Shown piece by piece: positions 9,409 to 18,800 of a stretch of DNA of 64,000 bases. Positions within the stretch are counted from its first letter, which is position 1. Each line of letters starts with the position of its first letter. A program made the position numbers and the translations under genes. This stretch comes from Burkholderiaceae bacterium (lineage in GTDB: Bacteria; Pseudomonadota; Gammaproteobacteria; Burkholderiales; Burkholderiaceae_C), in contig JAKLLA010000020.1 in NCBI GenBank assembly GCA_023150375.1, forward strand, positions 13,389-77,388, read 5' to 3'. The notes under the pieces were generated by a model. That model did no database searches and was not told where the DNA came from. It was given only the letters and a program-made list of their open reading frames with translations.

Positions 9409-9543
9409 TAGACTGCGCTGCGTGACGACCCCCCGTGCCGCAACGCCTACCCCCGACCGTCGCGAGGCCGCTCCCCGACCGCCGCGAAAGTTGTCAAGCA
9501 CCCTCGCAAGTGCTTGTCGCCATTGGACTTTTCGGCGCGTGGA
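9409..9543 (+). promoter_or_regulatory. CRISPR leader of array 1
   Basis: About 135 nt directly 5' of the first repeat, largely identical to the sequence 5' of array 2. The shared block is cgcgaaagttgtcaagcaccctcgcaagtgcttgtcg.cattg.acttttcggcgcgtgga, and both copies start at tagactgc. It contains the inverted repeat CAAGCAC-N8-GTGCTTG (9495-9516). Confidence 0.6.
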
Positions 9544-12543
9544 GTCTGAATCGATGCCCTGTTTTCGAAGGGATTAAGACAAATGGCGGATATGCTGGTG
9601 TGGACGAGATAAGTGTCTGAATCGATGCCCTGTTTTCGAAGGGATTAAGACGAGTGTGGAGGAGACTCCGAAGGAGATGCGGGATCGTCTGAATCGATGC
9701 CCTGTTTTCGAAGGGATTAAGACTCCAGGATTCTTGTCCCACGAACTCCTCGATCAGTCTGAATCGATGCCCTGTTTTCGAAGGGATTAAGACTTCCCTC
9801 CCCTCCGCCTATAAATCCACCATTCCCGTCTGAATCGATGCCCTGTTTTCGAAGGGATTAAGACGCGGCTTGCATAAGCGCCGCTTCCACCAATGGGCGG
9901 TCTGAATCGATGCCCTGTTTTCGAAGGGATTAAGACCCGAGATGTTGCCGATGCCGTCGTCATACGAACGTCTGAATCGATGCCCTGTTTTCGAAGGGAT
10001 TAAGACGCCGCCGTGTAGTTCCCCTCGGAACCGCCGCCAGTCTGAATCGATGCCCTGTTTTCGAAGGGATTAAGACGCTTCGGCAAGTGTTGCCATGTTG
10101 ATCCCCATGGTCTGAATCGATGCCCTGTTTTCGAAGGGATTAAGACCATACGGGCCAGAAGGGGTTGCTACGGGTCGGGGCGTCTGAATCGATGCCCTGT
10201 TTTCGAAGGGATTAAGACCCGGCCGGCACGTCGGTGGTGCCGGCGGCCCAGCGGTCTGAATCGATGCCCTGTTTTCGAAGGGATTAAGACACACGGTCCC
10301 GGACGGGGTGTACGGCGTGTCCTGTCTGAATCGATGCCCTGTTTTCGAAGGGATTAAGACGTGGAACATGGTGCGGTTCTCCAGGGGGTTGGGTCTGAAT
10401 CGATGCCCTGTTTTCGAAGGGATTAAGACGCGGCGCTGAAATTGTGGTTGGCTCATGTGCGAAGTCTGAATCGATGCCCTGTTTTCGAAGGGATTAAGAC
10501 GATCGGCCCAGGAGGGCCGCAAGGTGGGTGATGGGTCTGAATCGATGCCCTGTTTTCGAAGGGATTAAGACTGTCCAGGTTGTCGATGGACAGGGTGATG
10601 GCGGGTCTGAATCGATGCCCTGTTTTCGAAGGGATTAAGACATGTTCAGGGTGTGGGGGGTCAGGTTCACAAAGCGGTCTGAATCGATGCCCTGTTTTCG
10701 AAGGGATTAAGACGCGCCGTTGGTGCGGTGGTAGGCCACGGTTTCTGTCTGAATCGATGCCCTGTTTTCGAAGGGATTAAGACATTGCGGGGCAGCGGTC
10801 AGTCGGGATCCCGCGCGGTCTGAATCGATGCCCTGTTTTCGAAGGGATTAAGACGAACTGTTCGCGCGCTCTGCGCTCGACGCTGGTCTGAATCGATGCC
10901 CTGTTTTCGAAGGGATTAAGACCATAGTGGCCGCCCTTGAGTTACGCGGCCTCGGTGGTCTGAATCGATGCCCTGTTTTCGAAGGGATTAAGACCCCAGC
11001 TCGCGCACCGGGCGCCCGGGGTGCGCTGTCTGAATCGATGCCCTGTTTTCGAAGGGATTAAGACTCGCGCAGCCAATCCTCCTCGAAGCCAAGCTGCGTC
11101 TGAATCGATGCCCTGTTTTCGAAGGGATTAAGACCACGCACTCAGGCGCGCCCAGCTCGCGCACCGAGTCTGAATCGATGCCCTGTTTTCGAAGGGATTA
11201 AGACCCCGCAGGGCCCGGAGCTCGAGCATCAGGGCCCGTCTGAATCGATGCCCTGTTTTCGAAGGGATTAAGACCCAGTGCGTCCGCGCTGGTGACAAGC
11301 CGCGCGGGTCTGAATCGATGCCCTGTTTTCGAAGGGATTAAGACCCCCGTGTCCGGGGCGAACACGTCCACCCCGACCCGTCTGAATCGATGCCCTGTTT
11401 TCGAAGGGATTAAGACCCAGCCGGTCAACGACGACAAGGTGGCCGCCGGTCTGAATCGATGCCCTGTTTTCGAAGGGATTAAGACTTGCGGCCTCTTCGA
11501 CGGTGCAGCCCAGGGCTTGTCTGAATCGATGCCCTGTTTTCGAAGGGATTAAGACGTCGGCGCTGCTTGGCGACCTCCTGCGACTTGGGGTCTGAATCGA
11601 TGCCCTGTTTTCGAAGGGATTAAGACGGCCGTGCGGCCGGCGTCTTCCGCTCCGGAGCGGGTCTGAATCGATGCCCTGTTTTCGAAGGGATTAAGACGGT
11701 GACGGACGCGCCGCACTTTGCACAGTCGAAGTCTGAATCGATGCCCTGTTTTCGAAGGGATTAAGACTCCTCGCCCTCCTTGCTCACCTTCACCAGCACG
11801 GTGTCTGAATCGATGCCCTGTTTTCGAAGGGATTAAGACCTCCTCAGATCCGGGCAACATCGCCCTGATCTGGGTCTGAATCGATGCCCTGTTTTCGAAG
11901 GGATTAAGACGGTCGTCCTGCGACGGGCGCAGGCCGAATGCCTGGTCTGAATCGATGCCCTGTTTTCGAAGGGATTAAGACGTGTCGTAGTCACTGTAGC
12001 CGTGGCGCACCAGCAGTCTGAATCGATGCCCTGTTTTCGAAGGGATTAAGACACACGGAATCTTCCCGGTCGCCCTTCAGGGCAGGTCTGAATCGATGCC
12101 CTGTTTTCGAAGGGATTAAGACAATAATGTCGGCCACGTCGTGCCACACGCTGCTGTCTGAATCGATGCCCTGTTTTCGAAGGGATTAAGACACGTAGCG
12201 CGCCGATTCGATCAAGGGGGCCGGTCTGAATCGATGCCCTGTTTTCGAAGGGATTAAGACCCGCTCGGAGCGAGCGGTGCCCGGGCACCTTGGTCTGAAT
12301 CGATGCCCTGTTTTCGAAGGGATTAAGACGCAGAGAACCAAGAGTACGCACGGAAATCCATGCGTCTGAATCGATGCCCTGTTTTCGAAGGGATTAAGAC
12401 CGCTCGGCCTGCGCCGGTGATCCACAGTCGAGAACGTCTGAATCGATGCCCTGTTTTCGAAGGGATTAAGACTCCAACAGCGTGCGGTCCTCGTCCTCGA
12501 TCTCGCGTCTGAATCGATGCCCCGTTTTCGAAGGGATCAAGAC
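9544..12543 (+). CRISPR. CRISPR array 1: 43 repeats and 42 spacers (hand count)
   Basis: The 37-nt repeat is GTCTGAATCGATGCCCTGTTTTCGAAGGGATTAAGAC with a period of 69-72 nt and spacers of 31-36 nt. The last unit (12507-12543) is degenerate (gtctgaatcgatgccCcgttttcgaagggatCaagac), which marks the leader-distal end. The 3' 8 nt ATTAAGAC resembles the AUUGAAAC/G crRNA 5' tag of Cas6-processed type III repeats. Confidence 0.97.
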
Positions 12544-12853
12544 TTTTCGATCATCACCGGCAGGAGTTCATCGCGAGCGTGAAACGCTGTTCGCCCGGCC
12601 GGACAGTCGGCGCTGGCGTTTCCAGTGTCGACGGCCGGCCGAGCCTGTCTCCCACGGGCCACGTCGGGTGTGCGGTTGCACCGGCAGGGTGCGTGGCAGC
12701 GTGCAGATGTCACGTCGCCATGCCGTCCGATGGGGGATGGGCGGCAGGCGGGCGGGCCCGATCCGCTAGGCTCGACGCGAAAAATCGGCACCCACAGCAA
12801 GAACAAGTCGGGGCTTGGCCGAGCCCCTGCACGCAGGCACCAGGAGGCTGCGG

Positions 12854-14149
12854 TTGACCCTTCCCCAACCTGATGACGACCCTGCGCCGCCCGGCACTGC
12901 GCCGGCGGCAGGCGGCGGCGATGCCGCGCGACGCCGGCCCGGCGATTGGCCGCGGCGGGTGCTGTTCACGGTCTGCGGGTTGAGCCCGCAGGTGGTCACC
13001 GAGACGATTTACGCCCTGGCGGTGGCGGCGGCGCCGGGTGAGCGCTTCGTGCCCACCGAGGTACATGTGCTCACCACCAGCGAGGGCGCACAGCGGGTGC
13101 GCCTGGCGCTGCTGTCCGAGCATCCGGGCGGCTTCCACCGGCTGCGGCGCGACTACGCGCTGCCGCCCATCACCTTCGGCGAGGCGCAGATCCACCTGGT
13201 CACCGGCGACGACGGCCAGCCGCTGGCCGACATCCGCTGCGAGGCCGACAACGCCCGCATGGCCGATGCGGTGACCGAGCTGTTGCGCGGCTTCACCGCC
13301 GACCCGCAGTGCGCGCTGCACGTCAGCATCGCCGGCGGGCGCAAGACCATGGGCTTCTACGCCGGCTATGCGCTGTCGCTGTTCGGCCGCGAGCAGGACC
13401 GGCTGTCGCACGTACTGGTGAGCGCGCCCTTCGAATCCTCCTGGGAGTTCTTCTACCCCACGCCCTACCCGCAGGTCATCGCCACCGCGGGCGGGCGCGA
13501 GCTGGCCGACGCCGCGCAGGCCGAGGTGCGGCTGGCGCAGATCCCCTTCGTGCGGCTGCGCCCGGTCCTGCCCGCAGCGATGCGCGACGCCGCGGCCGGT
13601 TTCGTCGACGTGGTGCAGGCCGCCGGTCGCCACCTGGCGCCGCCACGGCTGGTGCTGGAGGTGGCAAGCCGCTGCATCGAGGCCGACGGCCGGCGCATTC
13701 CCCTGCCGCCCTGGTCCTTCGCGCTGATGGCCGTGCTGGCGCAGCGCGCCCGGCGCGGCGCAGCCGCGCTGACCGCACCGACCAAGGACGTGCACGACGC
13801 TGATTGGGCCGCCGCCTTCCTGGCCGACCTGCGCGCCGTGGTGGGCCAGGCCGGCGTGCCGGACTCGGTGGAGCAGCAACTGGCCGGCAGCTGCACGGGC
13901 GACCGCTTCTCCCAGCACCGCTCGCGCCTGGTCCGCACTCTCACCGAGGCCCTGGGCCCCGGGCGTGTGCCGCGCTACTTCGACGACGGCGGGCGGCACC
14001 GGGGCAAGCGCTACTGCATCCCGCTGCCGCCCGAGTCCATCGAGATCCGGCGGGGCGGCGACAGGCCCGCAAGCTTGCGAAACGACCCCGCGCGAGCGCC
14101 CGATGCCACAGTGCCCTCCCGTCACCACTCCCCTGTTGCCGATGACTGA
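12854..14149 (+). CDS. CRISPR-associated CARF-domain protein, NE0113 (TIGR02584/PF09623)-like, paralogue 1
   Basis: Family motifs are present: RRVLFTVCGLSPQVVTETIYAL, EVHVLTTSEG, HVSIAGGRKTMGFYAGYALSLFGREQDRLSHVLVSAPFES. The track ORF begins at a TTG at 12815. I prefer the in-frame TTG at 12854, which lies 6 nt after AGGAGG; the start remains uncertain. The C-terminal third looks winged-helix-like (see findings). Confidence 0.75.
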   Translation: MTLPQPDDDPAPPGTAPAAGGGDAARRRPGDWPRRVLFTVCGLSPQVVTETIYALAVAAAPGERFVPTEVHVLTTSEGAQRVRLALLSEHPGGFHRLRRDYALPPITFGEAQIHLVTGDDGQPLADIRCEADNARMADAVTELLRGFTADPQCALHVSIAGGRKTMGFYAGYALSLFGREQDRLSHVLVSAPFESSWEFFYPTPYPQVIATAGGRELADAAQAEVRLAQIPFVRLRPVLPAAMRDAAAGFVDVVQAAGRHLAPPRLVLEVASRCIEADGRRIPLPPWSFALMAVLAQRARRGAAALTAPTKDVHDADWAAAFLADLRAVVGQAGVPDSVEQQLAGSCTGDRFSQHRSRLVRTLTEALGPGRVPRYFDDGGRHRGKRYCIPLPPESIEIRRGGDRPASLRNDPARAPDATVPSRHHSPVADD

Positions 14150-14723
14150 TGCCCTCCATCCCACCGTGGCCCACCTGCTGCAAAGCGCCACGCCCGTGCT
14201 GACCATTCACGGTCTGGCCGGGCGCCGCTGGGTGCGCAACGTGCCGGCATCCGACGCCCGCCACGGGCCCTGGCTGCAGGCGGGCTACGAGGTGCTCGAC
14301 GAGGCCACCTGGCAGCGTCCCGGCGCCTGCCTGTACCTGGTCACCGGCCGCGACGCCGGCCTGCGCTACGTGGGCATCTCGCGCAACGGGCTGAAGCACC
14401 GCTGGCGCCTCTCGCCCGCGCTGGACGCACAGACCCGCGCCGCGCTGCCAGACAGGCAGCTCTTCCACAGCCAGTGCTGGAAGCACATCGAGTCCGAATG
14501 CGCTGCCGACAGCCAGGCCCGCTTCACGGTGCACTGCCTGGGCGAGCGCACGCTGATCGAGGTCCTGCGCACGGTCGACGACCCCATCCGCCACCTGGCC
14601 GAACTCGACGAGGACGGCGAGACGGTCACCGCCGGCGTGGAGCGCTGGATCTGCAACCGCGCCAGCGCGAGCCTGGCGCGCTGGAATGTGGCGATGACGG
14701 CGCGGCGCGCCGCCTCGCGCTGA
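14142..14723 (+). CDS. hypothetical protein with GIY-YIG-nuclease-like motifs
   Basis: 193 aa from the internal ATG of track ORF 13965..14723. This ATG overlaps the upstream stop (ATGACTGA). Motifs CLYLVTGRDAGLRYVGISRNGLKHRW and GVERWICNRASASLARWN match the GIY...Y(I/V)G...R...E...N order. GC3-rich coding signal. The stop lies 16 nt before the cmr1 GTG. Confidence 0.5.
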   Translation: MTDALHPTVAHLLQSATPVLTIHGLAGRRWVRNVPASDARHGPWLQAGYEVLDEATWQRPGACLYLVTGRDAGLRYVGISRNGLKHRWRLSPALDAQTRAALPDRQLFHSQCWKHIESECAADSQARFTVHCLGERTLIEVLRTVDDPIRHLAELDEDGETVTAGVERWICNRASASLARWNVAMTARRAASR

Positions 14724-14739
14724 GAACAGGAGGATTGCC

Positions 14740-15816
14740 GTGATTGAACTCGAGTACCGACTGCAGTTCCTGACACCCGCCTTCCTCGGCAATGCCGAGC
14801 AGACGGCCCAGTGGCGCACGCCGCCGATCAAGGCGCTGCTGCGGCAGTGGTGGCGGGTGGCGTTTGCGGCCGATCAGCCCGGCGGCGTGGATGTGGCCGC
14901 GATGCGGCAGGCGGAGGGGCGGCTGTTCGGTCATGCCTGGCTGGAAAACGATCGCGACGCCCGTGGACAGAAGGTGGCAGCCCGGCGCAGCGCCATCCGG
15001 CTCAGGCTGAGCGACTGGAGCCTGGGGGACATGCCCGCGTCGCGCTGGGAGTCCTTGTCCACGGTTCGCCACCCGGAGGTGGCACAGCCGGTCCCGGCGG
15101 ATCTCTACCTGGGCTATGGGCCTGTGACGCTGCCGCGCGGTCAGCGTGTGCCCACCTTGAAGGCCGGTGCGGCGATTCAGGCCGGCAAGCGCGCGGAGCT
15201 GCGTCTGGCCGTCGTCGACCACGAGGCTGAGCGCCTGCAGCGCGCCCTGTCCCTGATGAACCTGTACGGCACGCTGGGCGGGCGCAGCCGCAATGGCTGG
15301 GGCTCGTTCAGTCTCACGCCGATGGAGGGGACGCCAGCCTTGTCCGCCACGCTGGACCACCGCGTGACCCTGCCTTGGCGCGATGCCTTGACCAGCGACT
15401 GGGCGCAGGCCATCGGCACCAGCGACCAACGCCCGCTGATCTGGCAGACCGGGCCCTGTGACGACTGGAAGAAGGCCATGGTCCAACTCGCCAGGACGAA
15501 GATCGAGCTGCGAACGCAGTTCCGATTCCCGCAGGACCGACCGGATGGCCAGATCCATGAGCGCCATTGGCTGAGTTACCCGGTCACCCGGCATGACGTC
15601 GCGGCGTGGAAGCGCGACAACCTGCGCCTGCCCAACTCCCTGCGCTTCAAGGTCCGAGCGGATGCCGACGGCAAGCTGCGCGGCGTGATCTTCCACATGC
15701 CCTGCCAGCCGCCCCCCGCCTTCCGCCCTGATCGCAGGGCCCTCGAGCAGGTCTGGGCGAAGGTGCATGCCTACCTGGACCAGCCGACGTCGAACCTGAA
15801 GCGCATTGCCGCCTGA
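14740..15816 (+). CDS. cmr1: type III-B RAMP protein Cmr1
   Basis: GTG start 7 nt after AGGAGG. LQFLTPAFLGNAE...WRTPPIKALLRQWWRV and the G-rich loop YGTLGGRSRNGWGSF are Cmr1 hallmarks. It is the first gene of the cmr block. Confidence 0.85.
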   Translation: MIELEYRLQFLTPAFLGNAEQTAQWRTPPIKALLRQWWRVAFAADQPGGVDVAAMRQAEGRLFGHAWLENDRDARGQKVAARRSAIRLRLSDWSLGDMPASRWESLSTVRHPEVAQPVPADLYLGYGPVTLPRGQRVPTLKAGAAIQAGKRAELRLAVVDHEAERLQRALSLMNLYGTLGGRSRNGWGSFSLTPMEGTPALSATLDHRVTLPWRDALTSDWAQAIGTSDQRPLIWQTGPCDDWKKAMVQLARTKIELRTQFRFPQDRPDGQIHERHWLSYPVTRHDVAAWKRDNLRLPNSLRFKVRADADGKLRGVIFHMPCQPPPAFRPDRRALEQVWAKVHAYLDQPTSNLKRIAA

Positions 15817-15824
15817 GCCCCGCC

Positions 15825-18800
15825 ATGACGATTCCACACGACACCCTCTGGCAGACCAAGCTGCATGCCCGTCTGCACGATCCGGCCGAGAAGGCGCTGG
15901 TGCTGCTGCGCGACCCCGAGGGGCACGAGGGCGGCAGCTCGCGCGCCTTGCACCGACTGATGGGCTTCCAGCGCATCGATGCGGCCAACATCGACCCCGA
16001 CAACGACGAGGTGCTGCACCGCGCCCTGTTCAAGCAGGGTATTCCGGCCGCGATGTACCAGACGGTCAAGCGCGCCGACTGGTGGGCCGCCGCGGCCGAC
16101 CGCCCGCAGTGGCCGATGCAGGAGATCACCGTCACCACGAAGAAGGGGGAGCAGAAGACGCTGAAGGTCGCGCCCGGCAGCCAGGTGCGCTGGGCCAAGG
16201 AGCCGGTGCTGATCCACCCGCTCACCGGGGCCGAGTACCACCTCGGCGGCCTGCGCGACACCGAGCTGGACGACCTGAAGTCACGCTGCTTCGAGCACAC
16301 CGCCGCGCTGATCCAGCGTCGCCCCGACGGCGAGGTCGACTGGACCCGCACCCTGTTCGCCCTCTGGCGCTTCGGCCCCGAGCTGAGCGAGGCGCAGGAC
16401 AACGGCACGCTGGGCGCCCTGTGGCCGCTGCTGCCGGCCGACACCCGCGTGCCCGACCACAGCATCTGGGATCACCTGGACCTGACCTCGGCCTTTGCCG
16501 GTGCGTTTGCCGCCGACCCGCAGGGCGAGGTGGCCCTGCTGACGCTGGCCATCGGGCCGGTGCAGAACTTCATCGCCGCGGCGCGCAGCACCTCCGACCT
16601 GTGGGCGGGTTCGCACCTGCTGGCCCGGCTGGCCTGGGAGGCCATGAAGCCGGTGTGCGAGGCGCTCGGCCCGGATGCCATCCTCTTCCCGCGCCTGCGC
16701 GGCGTGCCGCAGGTGGACGCCTGGCTGCGCGACGACCTGGGGCTGCCCGCCCGGCTGTTCGACGGCGCCCCCTGGACCGGCAAGGCCACCGACGCCAACC
16801 CGCTGTTTGCCGCCGCGCTGCCCAACCGCTTCGTGGCGCTGGTGCCGGCCTCCCGGGCGCGTGAGCTGGCCTTCCAGGTGGAGCGCGCGGTGCGCGGCTG
16901 GCTGCAGGCCCAGGGCCAGACCGTGGTGGACCGCCTGCTCCAGGAAGCGGGCCTGGACGCCGGGCGTGACAGCCATGCGCACCGCCAGATGCGCCAGCAG
17001 CTCGAAGGGTTCCCCGAGGTGCACTGGGCCGCGGTGCCCTTCTCGCTGATCCAGCCGCGCAACGCAGAGAAGCAGACCGACCTGGACACCCGCGCCCTCA
17101 GCGCCGCGATGGCGCCGTTCTTCGGCGTGCCGCCGGGCCAGCCCTGCGGCTTCCTGACCTCCAAGGCCTGGGAAGTGCTGCAGAAGAGCGTGCGCTGGGA
17201 GGGCAACACCGTCTTCTTCGACCCCAACCCCGGTGCGCTCTACCCGGCGGTGCACGATCTGGCCGAGCGCGCCCTGGCCGCCGCCAAGGCGGTGCGGCCA
17301 TTCCAGCAGCAGCCGCAGGCGGGCTGGCGCTGCTCGCTGACCGGCGAGACGGAGTGGCTCACCACCGACCCGGCCCATCTGCAGCTGCCGCCTGGGCAGC
17401 GCAAGGACACCCTGTGGACGATCATCGCCCGCAAGCGCCCGGCCTGGGCCAAGAAGGGTGAGCACCTGGGCGCGCTGCCGGCCCTCAAACGCCTGTGGCC
17501 GCAGTTGTTTGCCGAGGAGGTCGGCAAGCGGGTGGGGGACGCTGAATCCGGCCGCAGCGCGCGGCGCTTCGTGGTGTCCACCCACACCATGTCGCTGGCC
17601 CACCAGCTCGACCAGTGGCTGGAACGTGGTGCGATCACGCCGCCGGACCTGGACCGCGCCCTGGACGATCACGGTGGCGAGACCGTGGCGCTGCCACGCA
17701 GGCTCATGCGCAAGCACGCGCGACAGGTCGGTGCGCTCGACGATGCGCGCCGCCTGCCGGCGCTGCTGGATGCGGCCGACCAACTGGACGACGAGTCCGC
17801 CGCGCGCGATCTGCAGGGCCTGGTGCGGCGCACGCTCGGGCGCGATGCTGGCCGGCTGGAGACCTACTACTCGCTGCTGCTGATGGACGGCGACCGCATG
17901 GGCGCCTGGCTGGCCGGCGGCGACCAGTACGCCATTCCCTATCGCGAGAGCTTCCACCCGCAGACCCGTGCCGGCTTCGAGCAGCATGCCGAGCGCGAGC
18001 CGACGCTGCGCGCCTACGGCCGGCAGCCGCGCGCCGTGTCGCCCAACCGCCACCTGTCGATCTCCGCGGCGCTGAACGACTTCTCGCTCACCGTCGTGCC
18101 GCATGTGGTGGAAGAGGAGTTCCTGGGCCGGCTGATCTACGCCGGTGGCGACGATGTGCTGGCCATGCTGCCGGTGGCCGACCTGCTGCCGGCGATGCAG
18201 CGCCTGCGCCTGGCTTACGCCGGGCACGACCCGGCACATGAGCTGGGCGAACGTGACCGCCAGGGGCTGACCCTGCACCGCGGCTTCGCCATGCTGCGCC
18301 AGGGCCCCCGCATGCGGCTGATGCGCATGATGGGCCACAAGGCCACGGCCAGCGCCGGCGGCGTCATCGCCCACCACCAGGCGCCGCTGGGCGCGGTGCT
18401 GCGCGAGCTGCGTGCTGCCGAGAGCCGCGCCAAGAACGCCGGTGGGCGCAATGCCTTCAGCCTCACCGTGGTCAAGCGCTCGGGCGGCGCGCTCACCGTC
18501 ACCGCCAAGTGGGGTGAGCCGGTGGCCCTGCTGGACGCGCTGCGCCGCTGGCTGGGGCAGGACGGCGTCTCGCGCCGTGCGGTCTACAACAGCCTGGACT
18601 GGATCAAGGACCTGCCGCAGGACGACCCGGCCATGCTGGCGTCGCTGCTGAGCTACCAGTTGCAGCGCCAGGCCCAAGGCGACGAGGCCAGGGCCCAGGC
18701 GCCTGAGCTGGCCCGGCGCCTGGCGGCGCTGGCCTTCGACGACGCCCTGCGGCCTGCGCCAGGCTCCAAGGACAAGCGCCTGGACTGGCTGGCCCACTTC

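Noticed and set aside
9494-12425. Track ORFs inside the arrays with reiterated peptides (LNPFENRASIQT, VLIPSKTGHRFR, LNRCPVFEGIKT), also at 33.2-36.8 kb
   Set aside because: They are translations of the 37-nt CRISPR repeat in different frames and strands, not repeat proteins.
12544-12853. Small ORFs (12482..12769, 12579..12857, 12625..12873, 12537..12806) in the gap between array 1 and the first CARF gene
   Set aside because: They are mutually overlapping frames with Arg/Cys/Gly-rich composition, no SD and no motif. The region more likely contains the promoter or 5' UTR of the CARF-cmr operon.
16281-18797. 838-aa minus-strand ORF opposite cas10, and similar ORFs opposite cmr1, cmr3, cmr4, cmr6, cas6 and cas1
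   Set aside because: These are shadow frames. The plus strand carries the Cas motifs (GGDD, RAMP G-loops and others).
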